A stretch of DNA of 61,089 nucleotides, counting the filler, from Globobulimina sp. (taxonomy: Eukaryota), in assembly GCA_003354225.1 (NCBI GenBank). It is 9 parts of 9 records of this genome, joined end to end, with 100 filler letters (N's around TTAATTAATTAA, not from the genome) between each part and the next. Parts side by side here need not be neighbours in the genome. Positions count along the whole stretch, not along the records: positions 47,657 to 54,330 come from PIVH01000254.1; positions 54,431 to 61,089 come from PIVH01000255.1; 7 more parts are not named here. One strand, given 5' to 3'. This document shows positions 47,557-59,124 of this stretch, one piece after another (the stretch's first letter is position 1; every line of letters begins with the position of its first letter). Position numbers and translations under genes: made by a program. The notes beneath the pieces were generated by a model, which made no database searches, was not told the DNA's origin, and was given only the letters and a program-made list of their open reading frames with translations.

Positions 47557-47656
47557 NNNNNNNNNNNNNNNNNNNNNNNNNNNNNNNNNNNNNNNNNNNN
47601 TTAATTAATTAANNNNNNNNNNNNNNNNNNNNNNNNNNNNNNNNNNNNNNNNNNNN
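47557..47656. other. Artificial contig spacer
   Basis: 44 N + TTAATTAATTAA + 44 N. Confidence 0.98.
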
Positions 47657-47936
47657 TTGCATCTGTATGTATTAACTGCATTGCATGTGGCTCGCCAATA
47701 TCATCTAATAATAATGAATATGAATAGATTTTCGTATTTGGTAATCCGTCTTCAATAATATAAGTTGGTGTTATTATAAAATCTCCATCGCGACTTGTTG
47801 TTAATATAAAGTATACGGATGCATTATTATACCCTCTCCATTCATAGTCATCAGCTACAGATATTTTTACTTCATAGATTCGCGATGATACAATTGTTAG
47901 TAATAATAGAATCAAGTGGACTACTAACGACAGCAT
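47657..47936 (-). CDS. Secreted protein with PLAT/LH2-like start, truncated
   Basis: Signal peptide MLSLVVHLILLLL, then YEVKISVAD..G.NASVYFIL..DDIGEP. Confidence 0.55.
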
Positions 47937-48031
47937 GCTTGTTGACAGTTTTTGTTTAGCCACGGGTGAAATTCGTCGTTTACTGTCAATTCCACACAAG
48001 TGATACAACACTTACCGGTTGCCAATTGAAC

Positions 48032-49954
48032 ATGAACTTGACAGATTATGGAACATTTGGCGAACAAATTCTTGCGAAATATTGTGGGACAGATATCACT
48101 GGAAAATTCTATGATGGATCGAAAAATCCCTATGGTATGTTGCTGACAGAAAAGGAAATGGGCACAATTGCTATTCAAAATGTCGCAGAATTCATGGCAT
48201 TTTCATTACTTTCAATCTCAGTTCAAGTGATATTTACATTATATTTTAAATCGATAAAATATTATAATTATTATGACTCATGCGAAGCACAAGAAATTGA
48301 GCAAGAAAGAGAAAAATGTTGTGAATCATTTGCTGGTTCAAACGCAGCCAAAGCATTCAAGATAATTGGCTTATTTTGGAGCATGTCATTATCTGCATTT
48401 GTATTAGCTCATTTTGGAATGGCCATGAAAACATATTATGATTTTGTCAATGATAATGTATATTTTGATGATGCTATTCGATCAAATTCGACATCGTTAG
48501 AACAATGTGATAGTTTAGGCCTTGGCATGATAGCATGTCCAGCATTATTTTACCAGTGGGATGAATATGAAGGAGGCTATGACTCACTTGGTTTCTACAC
48601 AGAGCCTTACATTGAATACACAGAGGGATATACAGCACAGAATGCAGAGAATATATGTTCATGGATATTTTATATGCTGGTTCCAGCAAATCCGCATGTA
48701 TTTCAGTACTCGTTATTAGCCTCGTTTGTAGTGATAGATACTTTCTTATATTTTATCGTATTATTTGTCACCGCCGTGTTACCAACTATTTTATGCAATT
48801 GCTGTGCATGCTTTACGTGTTGGTGTGGATTTGTTGAAGAAGCTGGATGCTGTTTATACTGCTGTCCTGCTGCCAAATCATGTTGTAATGTTGGATGGTG
48901 TCGTTGTGTGTTTTTGGATTGTTCGGAAGATGCATGCATTTCATGCAATGTTAAAGGTATGTGATGTTATGTGATGTTATGTGATCTTATTTGCAAATGT
49001 TATTTATGTTATTTTGTCAATGAAGATGGTGCGTGTTGCTATTGTTGTTGTGGCACTATTGGGCCATTGTTGTGGATTGGTAACATATTGCTTGCTATAA
49101 TATTCATGCTAGTATTAATTTTTGGTATTGGTCTATCATTAGTTATCATTGGTGCACTATTTTGTGGATTTTTTTTACTGATTGCATACATTTTTGCCTG
49201 TCCTGTTTGTATTTGTTATCCGAAATTGTATTGCTGTGCTGTGTTTAATATATTTATTGGTAAAGGAGTGGACATTTTTTCTATTAAAACAGATGAGACA
49301 AAAGGACAAGAAGTTGAATTGACAGTGATACCAACCACAGAAACGCAAGCGGACCAAAATGATGAATCGATATCTGAATTGTTAGAAGATATTAATTGGG
49401 GATGGGCTGTCACTTATTTCTGTTTTTGTTTTCCCTGCGCTGTGTTCAAGATTATTGTGACAATTCGTAGAAAATTACTACGAAATAAATCTGCAAGTTC
49501 AAATAAATCCGTATTGAGATTATTATGCTGTGGTGGCTTTACCAAAAACGAGGTAGGCGACGCACTCAAAGATCCTTCAAAATTGAAGAAATTAAGTATG
49601 GTGATGTCCATTATAAATCCATTGATGATGATCGGTTTGATTGCTTTGGTTCAATCGATGGTTTCAGTTTTTATTATTTATTATGTTGTGGATGGAGAGT
49701 TATTTATGTGTTGGCAGTATTTTAAACCAATTTTTATTGGATTATGGGATTATGTGGTATTGTTCGTTGAAGTGATTTGTGATAAACAGCAATTGATGGA
49801 TTATTTAACACATATTACCACATTATCAATTTCATGGCGGGCTTTAATTAATTTTGCGATGGCATTTGAACAATTCAAGTTTTCAATATTATTTTTCCGA
49901 TTTTTATTGCATGTATTTATAGGAATTGTTGATGTTCTGTCGGATGTAAACTAA
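48032..49954 (+). CDS. Two-exon cysteine-rich multipass membrane protein
   Basis: A 69-nt intron (48957-49025, GTATGT..AAG) joins two same-frame ORFs; many TM helices and CC/CCC clusters. Confidence 0.7.
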
Positions 49955-50448
49955 ATTATATTTAATTCGAGCTGGTAGAATGTTAAGATATATTGACATT
50001 ATCATTCATGTATATAATATAATATAATATATACATGTATTTGTTTTGTGGTGTTTGTAGAGGTTGTGTTGTTTTCTAATTTTTTAGTTAAGAAGATTCG
50101 AAACAATACTAAAATCGTGTCTGATAACTTTATAAAACAAGGTTTTTCATGCGAAGATTGGAGGTGATATTAAATGAATAAATGAAGGGTACCGGCACCG
50201 GACGATGGTTTCCTCGAAATTTGTCTCAGGATATTCGCTGCATTGGATAATGTAAATAATAATGCAATGATGCTTAAACTAATAAATGTCATTGTGTTTG
50301 TATTTTATAATATTTCTATTGTAATTTGCTCGGAGCTAGTAGGTGTTTCTCGGAGCTAGTTAGTAATGTTAAGACTTTTAAAGTAGCTTTCTTGCTGTTT
50401 TCGCATAATTATATAAACATTTTATCACAATATATCATCCCAGTGTCC

Positions 50449-53400
50449 ATGTCTACTCAGTTCGATCACAGATTCATTGAATTACAATGTATCTTTGAAC
50501 CATCAGCACCAAACATAACCAAACTCAAATTACCATCTCAAACTAATTGGGCATTGAATTTAGAATCAATATTACATCGAATACCGAAACGCTTTCCATG
50601 CTTACAACATCTAAAAGAATCAGAATGGAAACTGTCTATAAATAACATGATTATAAACAAACAAGATTCGTTAAAATGTGGTGAATTAATGTCAACAATG
50701 CCTCCTCCGCTAATAATAGAAATTATACGTTGTGCTTCTACGCTCTCTGAATTTAAGGAAGATCATATCATTGACAAAGCAAATATTTTACAAATAAGTT
50801 ACAAATCATCATCGCTGATTTGGCTACCAACAGAAGAGTATAATTGGACTGATAATTACCATGCTTTAATTGATAAAATTAAAACACATTTCCATTTGAA
50901 TTTGAATACAAATACAAATAATTTTACATTGCAAGATAATGATAAATGTGAAATAATGGATGCAAATGATTTAAGAATACTATGTTGTTCGTCATCAACT
51001 CGCCACATAATCGATGTACATCTCACATTGAATGCATTCCAGAACAATAACCATCGACATTCCATCTCCATCTCATACACCGCAGACATTAACAATATAA
51101 CCGACGCCATTATAAATGACATGAATTTCAATGAAATAAATACATTGCAATCGGTGATCAATAAAAATGAAAACAACTCAAATATGAATTGGGGCAAAGT
51201 GTGCAATGCCATTCAGCACCAAATGTTTCCTAAATTGGGTGCGTATTTTTTGTTTTTTATTTTTGCAACAATTACAATGTGACAAATATCAACAAAAACA
51301 TCGATCAGCAAACATAGTTCGAGCAATAATCGATGACAAACAGGCAGAGCTTGACCAGGATGATTTGAGTGAGAGCTGTATTAAAAAAGTAATTGAGATA
51401 TTAAAAAAAGAGCGACATTTAGCAGTTGAAGAGAGACAATATCTGACAAAATTATTACACCGCGCTGCCACATTCTGTCCAATCACCAAAATAGATGCTG
51501 TAAATTATGACATTTATCTGCAATTTCATACTAAAACAAAAGGGCTGACCGCGTCGTTGTTGATGGATATATTTGATGTTCATCGCATATTTACTTTTTT
51601 TAACTTCCAGGCGCAGGAATATTCCGTCGGTGACTATCAAAAGAATGTAAAAGAACGACTTAAGCATGAAATTGGACAGCTATTCATTCAGCAATATATG
51701 GATGGGGTTTATGAAAGATTCGATTTGTATCCAAGTTATATGATTAACGACTGCATGTTTCGGGTGTTAGAGTATCATTTTGCTGTTTCATTGTTTGTCA
51801 ACGAATTAAAGAACAATTTATATGTAGCGAGCGGCACATATTTTGAATTGAAATCGATAGTAATCCCGAAATCAGTGACTTCAATGTACGACGAGTTGCC
51901 ATTTAAATATAATATCCATCATATTGAAGATTATTTGGCCGAGAGAGAAATACGTAATTTTTATAAGAGCAGTTTTAAAGCACAGATACGAAAAAATCCA
52001 GTTGACATTAAAAAAATGATTGAGATGTTGTACGGCATTGAACAAATCAAACAATCCCAAACACCGAAATTAATAATCATAGTCGACAGACGACAGCTGA
52101 ATGTCGCAGGTTATGACTTATTTTATGTGTTTCCGTATCAATATGACGACCTCATAGAATTAGAAACAAATTACTTTTTCGGATTTGATTTTAAAATCTG
52201 TGCCGGTGACTGCGCGGGAAATAAAGTAATAAGCCATTTGAAGTATGGTTTGAATGAAATGACTCGTTTCTATCCAGAAATGTTGGTCAATATTGTTCCC
52301 AGAATCTTTAAAACACCGCTTGGGATATCACGCGCTGAGTATCTAAGCAGAATATATTGCCGCTCGTACAAAGATGGATGGTGTGTGACTTTGGAGGACC
52401 ATGTATTTGATGAGTATTACAAAATTATCACAGGATTTACCCATATTTCTGTCAATTATAACCGGCACATTTTATTCGATGAATTTTTTCATGAACAGCC
52501 AATGTTATGTTTTATGGACTTATTTGATGATGAAATGCGATCAAACAACGTGCCACAAAGCGACATCAGAGCAGTACATTTGTATTGTGATGAAAACGAA
52601 TATGATACAGATTCCATTGTCGATGATATGTCATTGGATTACAACTCGAACATCGCAATGTTCCTCAAACTTCAAAATAAAGCCAAACAATGTCTGCAAA
52701 TTAGAAGCATCATAACAAAGTATAACTCGCCGTGTGAGAAAAATAAGAGTAAAATATGCGATATTGACAATGTCTTAGCTGCGGATAAATGTTCATTTGT
52801 CGAATTAATTATAAACGCATTGCGAGAGTTTAATAAAAAGAATATTAATGGCATTAATTTATCAGAATTGATGAGTGCCTTCGATCACATTGTCGCAGTG
52901 CACAGACTTTGTTGTATAAACCATCAACAAAAAGAATCGATATCCAAACTCCGTACATATATCGTACAGAATGTAGGCGGATATTGTACATCTTCGCCAT
53001 GTCCAATATTAGAAAAGCATATTTTGCGTCGAAGAGAACGCATAGCAGCTGAGATGAAAGAAAATGTCGATGTTGATAATGATAACAGTTTATGGGAGAT
53101 ATTGAATGCAACACTAAACGCATTACATTGTTATATTTTGCATGAGAAACAAGAATTATTCCGACTACAACGTATCGACGGAAACTCGCACTTTATTTCC
53201 AACATTGAAAGCACTGTGAATATGAATTCCGAAAACACGGTGAATGAAGAAAAAGCAATTTCAATTTCATCCATTAATTTTGGCCAATCTGTATTAATTT
53301 GGCTAAGCAGCGGCCAACAACCAACATTCAAAACGTTTCACGATGAAATAGTACAAAACCCAGAATCGACAATCAATGAGCAATTATATCTCAATTTCGC

Positions 53401-54330
53401 CCAAGAATGCTATGTTAAAATGGTACATGCAAAAGCTGAGCAATTTTTGTTGGAGGAACTGATGTCTATTAAGATATATACCGACACCAATTCATTCCAA
53501 TCCGCGCTGCGCCGCTCATTCTGGTTATCCTCCACAAAGACGAAGCCATTATTTTATCGATGGGCATTGCAATTATATAAAACATCACTGTTTCACGCGA
53601 AGCCAATTCCGCGTTTTACACTGAAATCGACGAGTCCTATAAAGCTGTATCACGGCTTGAATAAAGTGTTTGTTTTAGAAAGTGCGCGACCTAAAATGAA
53701 TGGTCCTATCTCGACGAGTTGGGAGAGATCAGTGGCTCACTCATTTTCTGACGGCAGAGGCTTGATTTGGATGATCCAGCCATCGTATTGCAATCAGTTC
53801 AAATTTGTGACGGGAATGTGTGTTGACTGGATATCGCAACACAAGCATGAGGCGGAGATATTGCTAATGGATCAATATCTGCCCATCACAGCGTCGATTA
53901 ACTTCAATGACGACCCGAAAAACCATGTGGACCATTTATTGTACACTATCAAAACCTATAAAAAAGATATTGATGCACAGAAATTTTACAGGGTTTTGGG
54001 AATTTGCTTCAGTGCCTCCTGGCTCGCATTGATCAAACAACACGACATCTTATACGAGAAAACGGAAAGGCAGTCAACGCGAAGAGTGTTGGATGTGTTG
54101 GTGGAGGATTTGGGAGTGACTCAGTTATGGCACCAACATCAAATATTAGCTTCGAAGTTTACATTGAAAAACATTTTTACTGCTTTTGAATATTGCTCCT
54201 TTCAGTTGGTCATCAATCGAAAATATATAAAGAAAGACGACCGTGACCATTTGCAGAATACACAATATCGCATTGTGAGGCAAACAAAAGCTACATTTAC
54301 ATGCAATTGTGATGAACAATTCATTTTTGA
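50449..54330 (+). CDS. Large two-exon protein with C-terminal ADP-ribosyltransferase-like domain, 3'-truncated
   Basis: Intron 51239-51308. ART motifs IKIYT, LYHG, GPISTS..VA..F and WIS..EAEILL. Confidence 0.75.
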
Positions 54331-54430
54331 NNNNNNNNNNNNNNNNNNNNNNNNNNNNNNNNNNNNNNNNNNNNTTAATTAATTAANNNNNNNNNNNNNN
54401 NNNNNNNNNNNNNNNNNNNNNNNNNNNNNN
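54331..54430. other. Artificial contig spacer
   Basis: 44 N + TTAATTAATTAA + 44 N. Confidence 0.98.
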
Positions 54431-54702
54431 TTGTTAATTGAAGAAAAACCTGAAAAAATTAATAATTGCAATATAAACAAGAATAATGCCGATGAGAAAT
54501 ACAATGTAATCTCAAATTTTATCAAATTCAAAAATAATAAAAGAAAACAAGAATACGATAATATGGTGGAATGTAAGATGCTCATTCAAAATGTATTGGA
54601 AACACATGTAAAATATTGCAATCACACAATAAATGCTAAATTAATATGTCATTGGAATCCCATGAGTTAGATATTCGTTGCATAAATATATATATCACTT
54701 AT
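54431..54702 (+). repeat. Left arm of contig-terminal inverted repeat; 3' end of a multicopy ORF (stop at 54670)
   Basis: Reverse complement of 60773-61089: the first 119 bp are identical, then substitutions and a 45-bp in-frame indel. Confidence 0.9.
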
Positions 54703-54740
54703 AGCTATATTGCGCTTTTAATATCATTTTTTACATGAAC

Positions 54741-54848
54741 CACTGCAGTCACAATTATTGAGCTAATTTATTGTGGTGAGCGATCACCTCCAAAAGTTGA
54801 AGTCCGATCGCCACAATGAAAATTAGCTCAATAGTTGTGACTGCAGTG
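54741..54848. mobile_element. Most complete (108-bp) copy of the CACTGCAG MITE-like element
   Basis: About 40-bp imperfect inverted repeats CACTGCAGTCACAA...TTGTGACTGCAGTG around a spacer of about 28 bp. Confidence 0.8.
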
Positions 54849-54979
54849 GCTCACCACAATAATTATGGATATGTTAAGATGAAATTATGCGAACTATGTG
54901 AGTTCAGCTGCAGGTGACCGTACAGAGGATGATGATCAAACAAAAACAGGGTATATTATTTACATAAAAAATTAATAAC

Positions 54980-57517
54980 TTATGGATGTCCAAACGTGAT
55001 ATACCATGGGTCTCCTAAATTGTCATCCCACCATTTCATTTTTTTAAAATCCTCAACATTTGCCATTTTCTTTAAAATTCCTTTATATTGATCTTGAGAA
55101 ACTGGCGAATCAGGTTTCCGATACCAAAATTTAAATATTTCTTTATTTTCATGATATTTCTTCCATCCATTTTGAGGATCACCTGTTTTTGCAAAATTTG
55201 TCCAAAATGTTTGTACCGCCTCAATTAATTTCTTCTCCTCATCGCTATAATGATTAAATGCAACATCTTTAATTTTGTACGATTCGAGTTTTGCATAAAA
55301 CACAAATGGTAATTCGGTGCCATGGCACGATGCCTCATCATTCACACAACCTTCTCTGGCCAACGCAGGGTACACCGGATTGCTCTGTGCGTCCTGGCTA
55401 TGCGTATACAGCGCCGCCACATCAAACTGATACAAATACACATTATTTTTTATTAATTTCTCCCCCGCCAAATATACGGGCAAATTAAACAAAATCGACT
55501 CCACTATTTTCTCCAATTTATCCCTACAATCCATTTCTTGCACTCCTTTGCGATATTTTTCATATTTGCCCATCATTTTATTTTCGATTTCCAATGCTTT
55601 GGCTTCTTCCTTTGTAGGACAATCCCAATCAGTTTTAGTGCCAAATATTTTCTGTTTCAATTTAGAAAAGGTGCTCCCAGAAAGAATGTCATTTTTCTCT
55701 CCCAATAAGCCATAAACCACACAATTATAAGTCAACCGCGGCGAGCAATACTTTCTATGCCCACCATAGGCAAAAAACGCGTTGAATTGCTCATTACAAA
55801 CATTTTGCATTTGGCGTTCAGCAATCATCAATTTCCACGTTTGTAACCATACACCGCCTTTCACCGGATGCGGCAATGCAGAATAAATAAACACTGTGGC
55901 TTCGTCTTCAGTGACACCCATAATTACATCAATATCCTTCCTCACCATATCATGGCGCACTGCGGAATACGGCTGATGTTTAATCATAACTCCATCAATG
56001 GTTGGCGTCATCGGTTCCATTGCATGATAAACAGCGGTCGGTACGCTGCCTGCTCCTAAATCAGCCTCCATAGTCCACGAAGCTTCGCCAATGCCGAACG
56101 AAGGCAGAGCTCTCAGACATTCTTCGATGGAACGACTGGAATATTTATATGAAAAATGTAACGTGCCCGTACTTTTTCGGCGTTTGAGAAACTTTGTGAT
56201 TCGCCAGATATCAATTCTTTTTTCGCCGTTATGATGATCTAATTTTATTTTAGGTGTACTGCCTAAAAATACGCCTTTATTGGCAGCAGCTGCATCTTTC
56301 GAGTGTTTATCATAAACTTTAAATTGAATAAATTCAATGTATTGACAGATTGGGAAGACGTTATCCTGCGTATAAACTGGGTTCCTGTTATCTGCCATCC
56401 ACGGCGTCATACCAACAATATATATACGAATATTCTTTCTTTGTTGCTGGATTCTTAATAAATGCAATTACTTCGACCTGTGGATCTGGATCAGATTTTT
56501 CTGTCGTAAATCCGCCTCCTTTTTGCACATTTTTTAGGGAATGTACAGTTATTTTAATATTAAAACAGTCAGTGTTTGCACAAAAGCTGTCAGTGAATGC
56601 TGCCCATGTCGTGGGTGTCCGGTATGGTATTCCAATGGGCGCAGACTGTGATATTACGCGATGCAATAATCCGTTGGTGGAGTCGTCACTCATTAATGTT
56701 AACACAAACTGTGCGCCGGCTGTACATTTATATTTTGCTTATTTCAGTAAATGCAAACTTGTCAAGCAAACGTAGAAGAAATGAAGACCTGATTCGCCAA
56801 ATACTGTGACTCTATTCTTATCGCCATGGAAATAAGCAATATTATCTTGTATCCATTGCAATGCCATCTTAATATCCATATAATTTTGATTGCCTTTAAT
56901 GTCGCTGGAGCCGCCAATATATAATGAACCAAATATATCTAAACGATAACTGACTGTTATTACCATCACGTCTTTTGTAGCTAATTCGGATCCATCATCT
57001 GGTTAATATATAGAAACATAAATAGTACATTGAGGAGAAATGATGCTTAACATATATCAGCCGCAGAATATCCCCATCTAAAATTGCCACCGTGAAACCA
57101 TACCATTATTGGAACATTGTCATCATTGTTTGGTCAAAAGATATTCAAATATAAACAATCTTCGCTTTGGGAAACTCCCGCATATTCTGGAGAATCGAAA
57201 TCGTAATCCGGAGTTCTGTAAACACGCTGACCTTTCAAACTTTGTAAACACCCATTTCGTTTTTGGGTTGCATCCCATGTCGGACCTTCAAATTCTGGAT
57301 CCACGTCAGTAAACTCCGTCATTTCTACAGGATATTTAAATCGTAATTCGTTTATTGGTGGTTTAGCAAAAGGAATCCCGTAACAATTCACTACATTCTC
57401 GGTGTGGGAATCTGTCGTTGCTTTCACATTGCATTCAACATCTGCCCCTAACGAAGTCGTGTATGTTTTTGCAGCTCCTAATGAAGTCAAAAACAGATAC
57501 AATGCTACAAGTGACAT
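54980..57517 (-). pseudogene. Type-B carboxylesterase with inserted C2 domain; in-frame TGA and one frameshift
   Basis: GIPFAKPP..LRF, SEDCLYLNI, VWFHGG, SYRL, FGES|AGA (split by an intron), GVTEDE and CHGTELPFVF; two introns; TGA at 57136-57134 and a frameshift in the (TA)n run at about 56418-56426. Confidence 0.75.
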
Positions 57518-57568
57518 TTAAGTTGGAGTTGCACTAAAACTGTAAAAAATATTAAAATACCGCAGCGG

Positions 57569-57827
57569 ATGGAACACATGGATTGGTTTTGGGGAAGAGT
57601 CAGTGGATGTAATTGAAAAATATGTTGAAAAGGGCATGGAAGAGTTATCTAAACGTTCCGTTTATGTATATGCTGCACCGATATTAATTATGATTGGCGC
57701 ACAGCAATTGTTAGCATTCAGTAGTACGTTGCCAGGTCATTGGGGTATTGTAATTATGACTCATTCAGGAATCGTAATCTTTGTTGCAACATTGTTTGGT
57801 GCTTATCATTTTGGTCATTTGCTTTGA
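57569..57827 (+). CDS. Small two-TM protein, possible frameshift near the start
   Basis: Hydrophobic 74-aa ORF; the upstream ATGs (57569, 57578) join it only if one base in TTTTGGGG (57587-57594) is skipped. Confidence 0.4.
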
Positions 57828-58000
57828 TCCAATCTGAGTTATCTGACGACTTACAATTAAGTTGTGTATTGTTATTTGAAATTTTTAATGTTAATAATCA
57901 TTTACTTATTTCTGTTCACATGTTTTAACTGTCACAAAGATGTTACATTTCTGAGATTCGTGCATGAAGTTTATAATAAACACGAATAATTAAAATTAAG

Positions 58001-59095
58001 TTAAATCAGCTGACACAGCGTCTGCTGTTTAAAAGAGTCTTTAATTGATGTTGGTATCCAATAAATGACTTTATTTTTGCCACTCATCAATGTCAATGTG
58101 TATTGTGCTATCTCTTCATGTTTAGCAGCCAAATAATCACAAAAATCATCATATTTCTTCACTGGTTTCCCGTTCAATCTCCTCTTTGCAAACGATTTTG
58201 GAAACACACAACATGGCAACACTGCAAATGGTTTCTTATATTTCAACGCAAAATCAATAATAAACTCAGTGGCGTAATCTGGATGCATTCCAATTATAAC
58301 ACAGCAGTTCTTCATTAAGTCCATCATCTTCAAACAATCATTTTTTATCTGTTTTTTAATTAATCCATCACTCTCCATCTCCGATAGTTTTATATCTCCT
58401 TTTTGCTTCTCATTATTATCCATTTCATCGTCATTAAATTTTTTAAATTGTTTCAATTGATAAGCGATCAAATCATCCAATTTGGCATTGTCTATATTGC
58501 CATCATAATAATAATTATCCAAGAAATGAATTAATTTTTCATCAAAAAACAACTTTAAATGCTGCGGTGTTATTTGTTGGTCACTGCGATTCAAACATTG
58601 TTGCAATGTGCAATCCACATATCTTTCAACAATCAGCTGATTCCGATGCAAATATCCTCCTTTCATAGCTCGTGTACATCTTTTTAGATTCAAATGTTTT
58701 CGCGGATCACATACTGTCGATTTGATACCATTGAGGTTCATAAACTCAAAGGCCAACACTCCTTTACCTCCCGCTATGTCCAAAATGCCATATTCTGAGA
58801 ACTGCCCTAATAAATCCCTCCCAAAAGTATCCAATAACCAATGCCGAAAAATCGATTCTTTCTTTGTTCGCTTTTTTTTACCCCAATGCTTTTTTGAACC
58901 AACAGTGATTTGCTTATTTTTTTCATTGTTTTGTCGTAAAAATTCCTTTCTCACTTGTTGAGAGGTTTGCGTTGCAAATAAGGATTTTGGATGCTTTAAT
59001 TTACACTTATCTCCATACAGACATTTACCACGTAACCACCAACGACACACATCTGATGTTATCGGTTGTTTACGGTTGTTGCAGATGTTTGCCAT
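58001..59095 (-). CDS. CCCH zinc finger plus class I methyltransferase-like protein
   Basis: CRWWLRGKCLYGDKCKLKH; ILDIAGGKG; IGMHPDYATE..KPFAVLPCCVF. Confidence 0.85.
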   Translation of the reverse strand: MANICNNRKQPITSDVCRWWLRGKCLYGDKCKLKHPKSLFATQTSQQVRKEFLRQNNEKNKQITVGSKKHWGKKKRTKKESIFRHWLLDTFGRDLLGQFSEYGILDIAGGKGVLAFEFMNLNGIKSTVCDPRKHLNLKRCTRAMKGGYLHRNQLIVERYVDCTLQQCLNRSDQQITPQHLKLFFDEKLIHFLDNYYYDGNIDNAKLDDLIAYQLKQFKKFNDDEMDNNEKQKGDIKLSEMESDGLIKKQIKNDCLKMMDLMKNCCVIIGMHPDYATEFIIDFALKYKKPFAVLPCCVFPKSFAKRRLNGKPVKKYDDFCDYLAAKHEEIAQYTLTLMSGKNKVIYWIPTSIKDSFKQQTLCQLI

Positions 59096-59124
59096 GGACC
59101 TAATTCAAGAAAACTATTAAAATC

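Noticed and set aside
48957-49025. TGA readthrough or frameshift between ORFs 47966 and 48971
   Set aside because: Fully explained by a 69-nt GT-AG intron that contains a 10-bp tandem repeat.
6737-54430. Eight regularly spaced TTAATTAATTAA motifs inside N runs
   Set aside because: Identical 100-nt artificial linkers between size-sorted contigs; gene neighbourhoods across them are meaningless.
57134-57136. Alternative genetic code (TGA as a sense codon)
   Set aside because: TGA ends several intact genes (3420, 6149, 9463, 10565), Trp is encoded by TGG, and this gene carries a second lesion.
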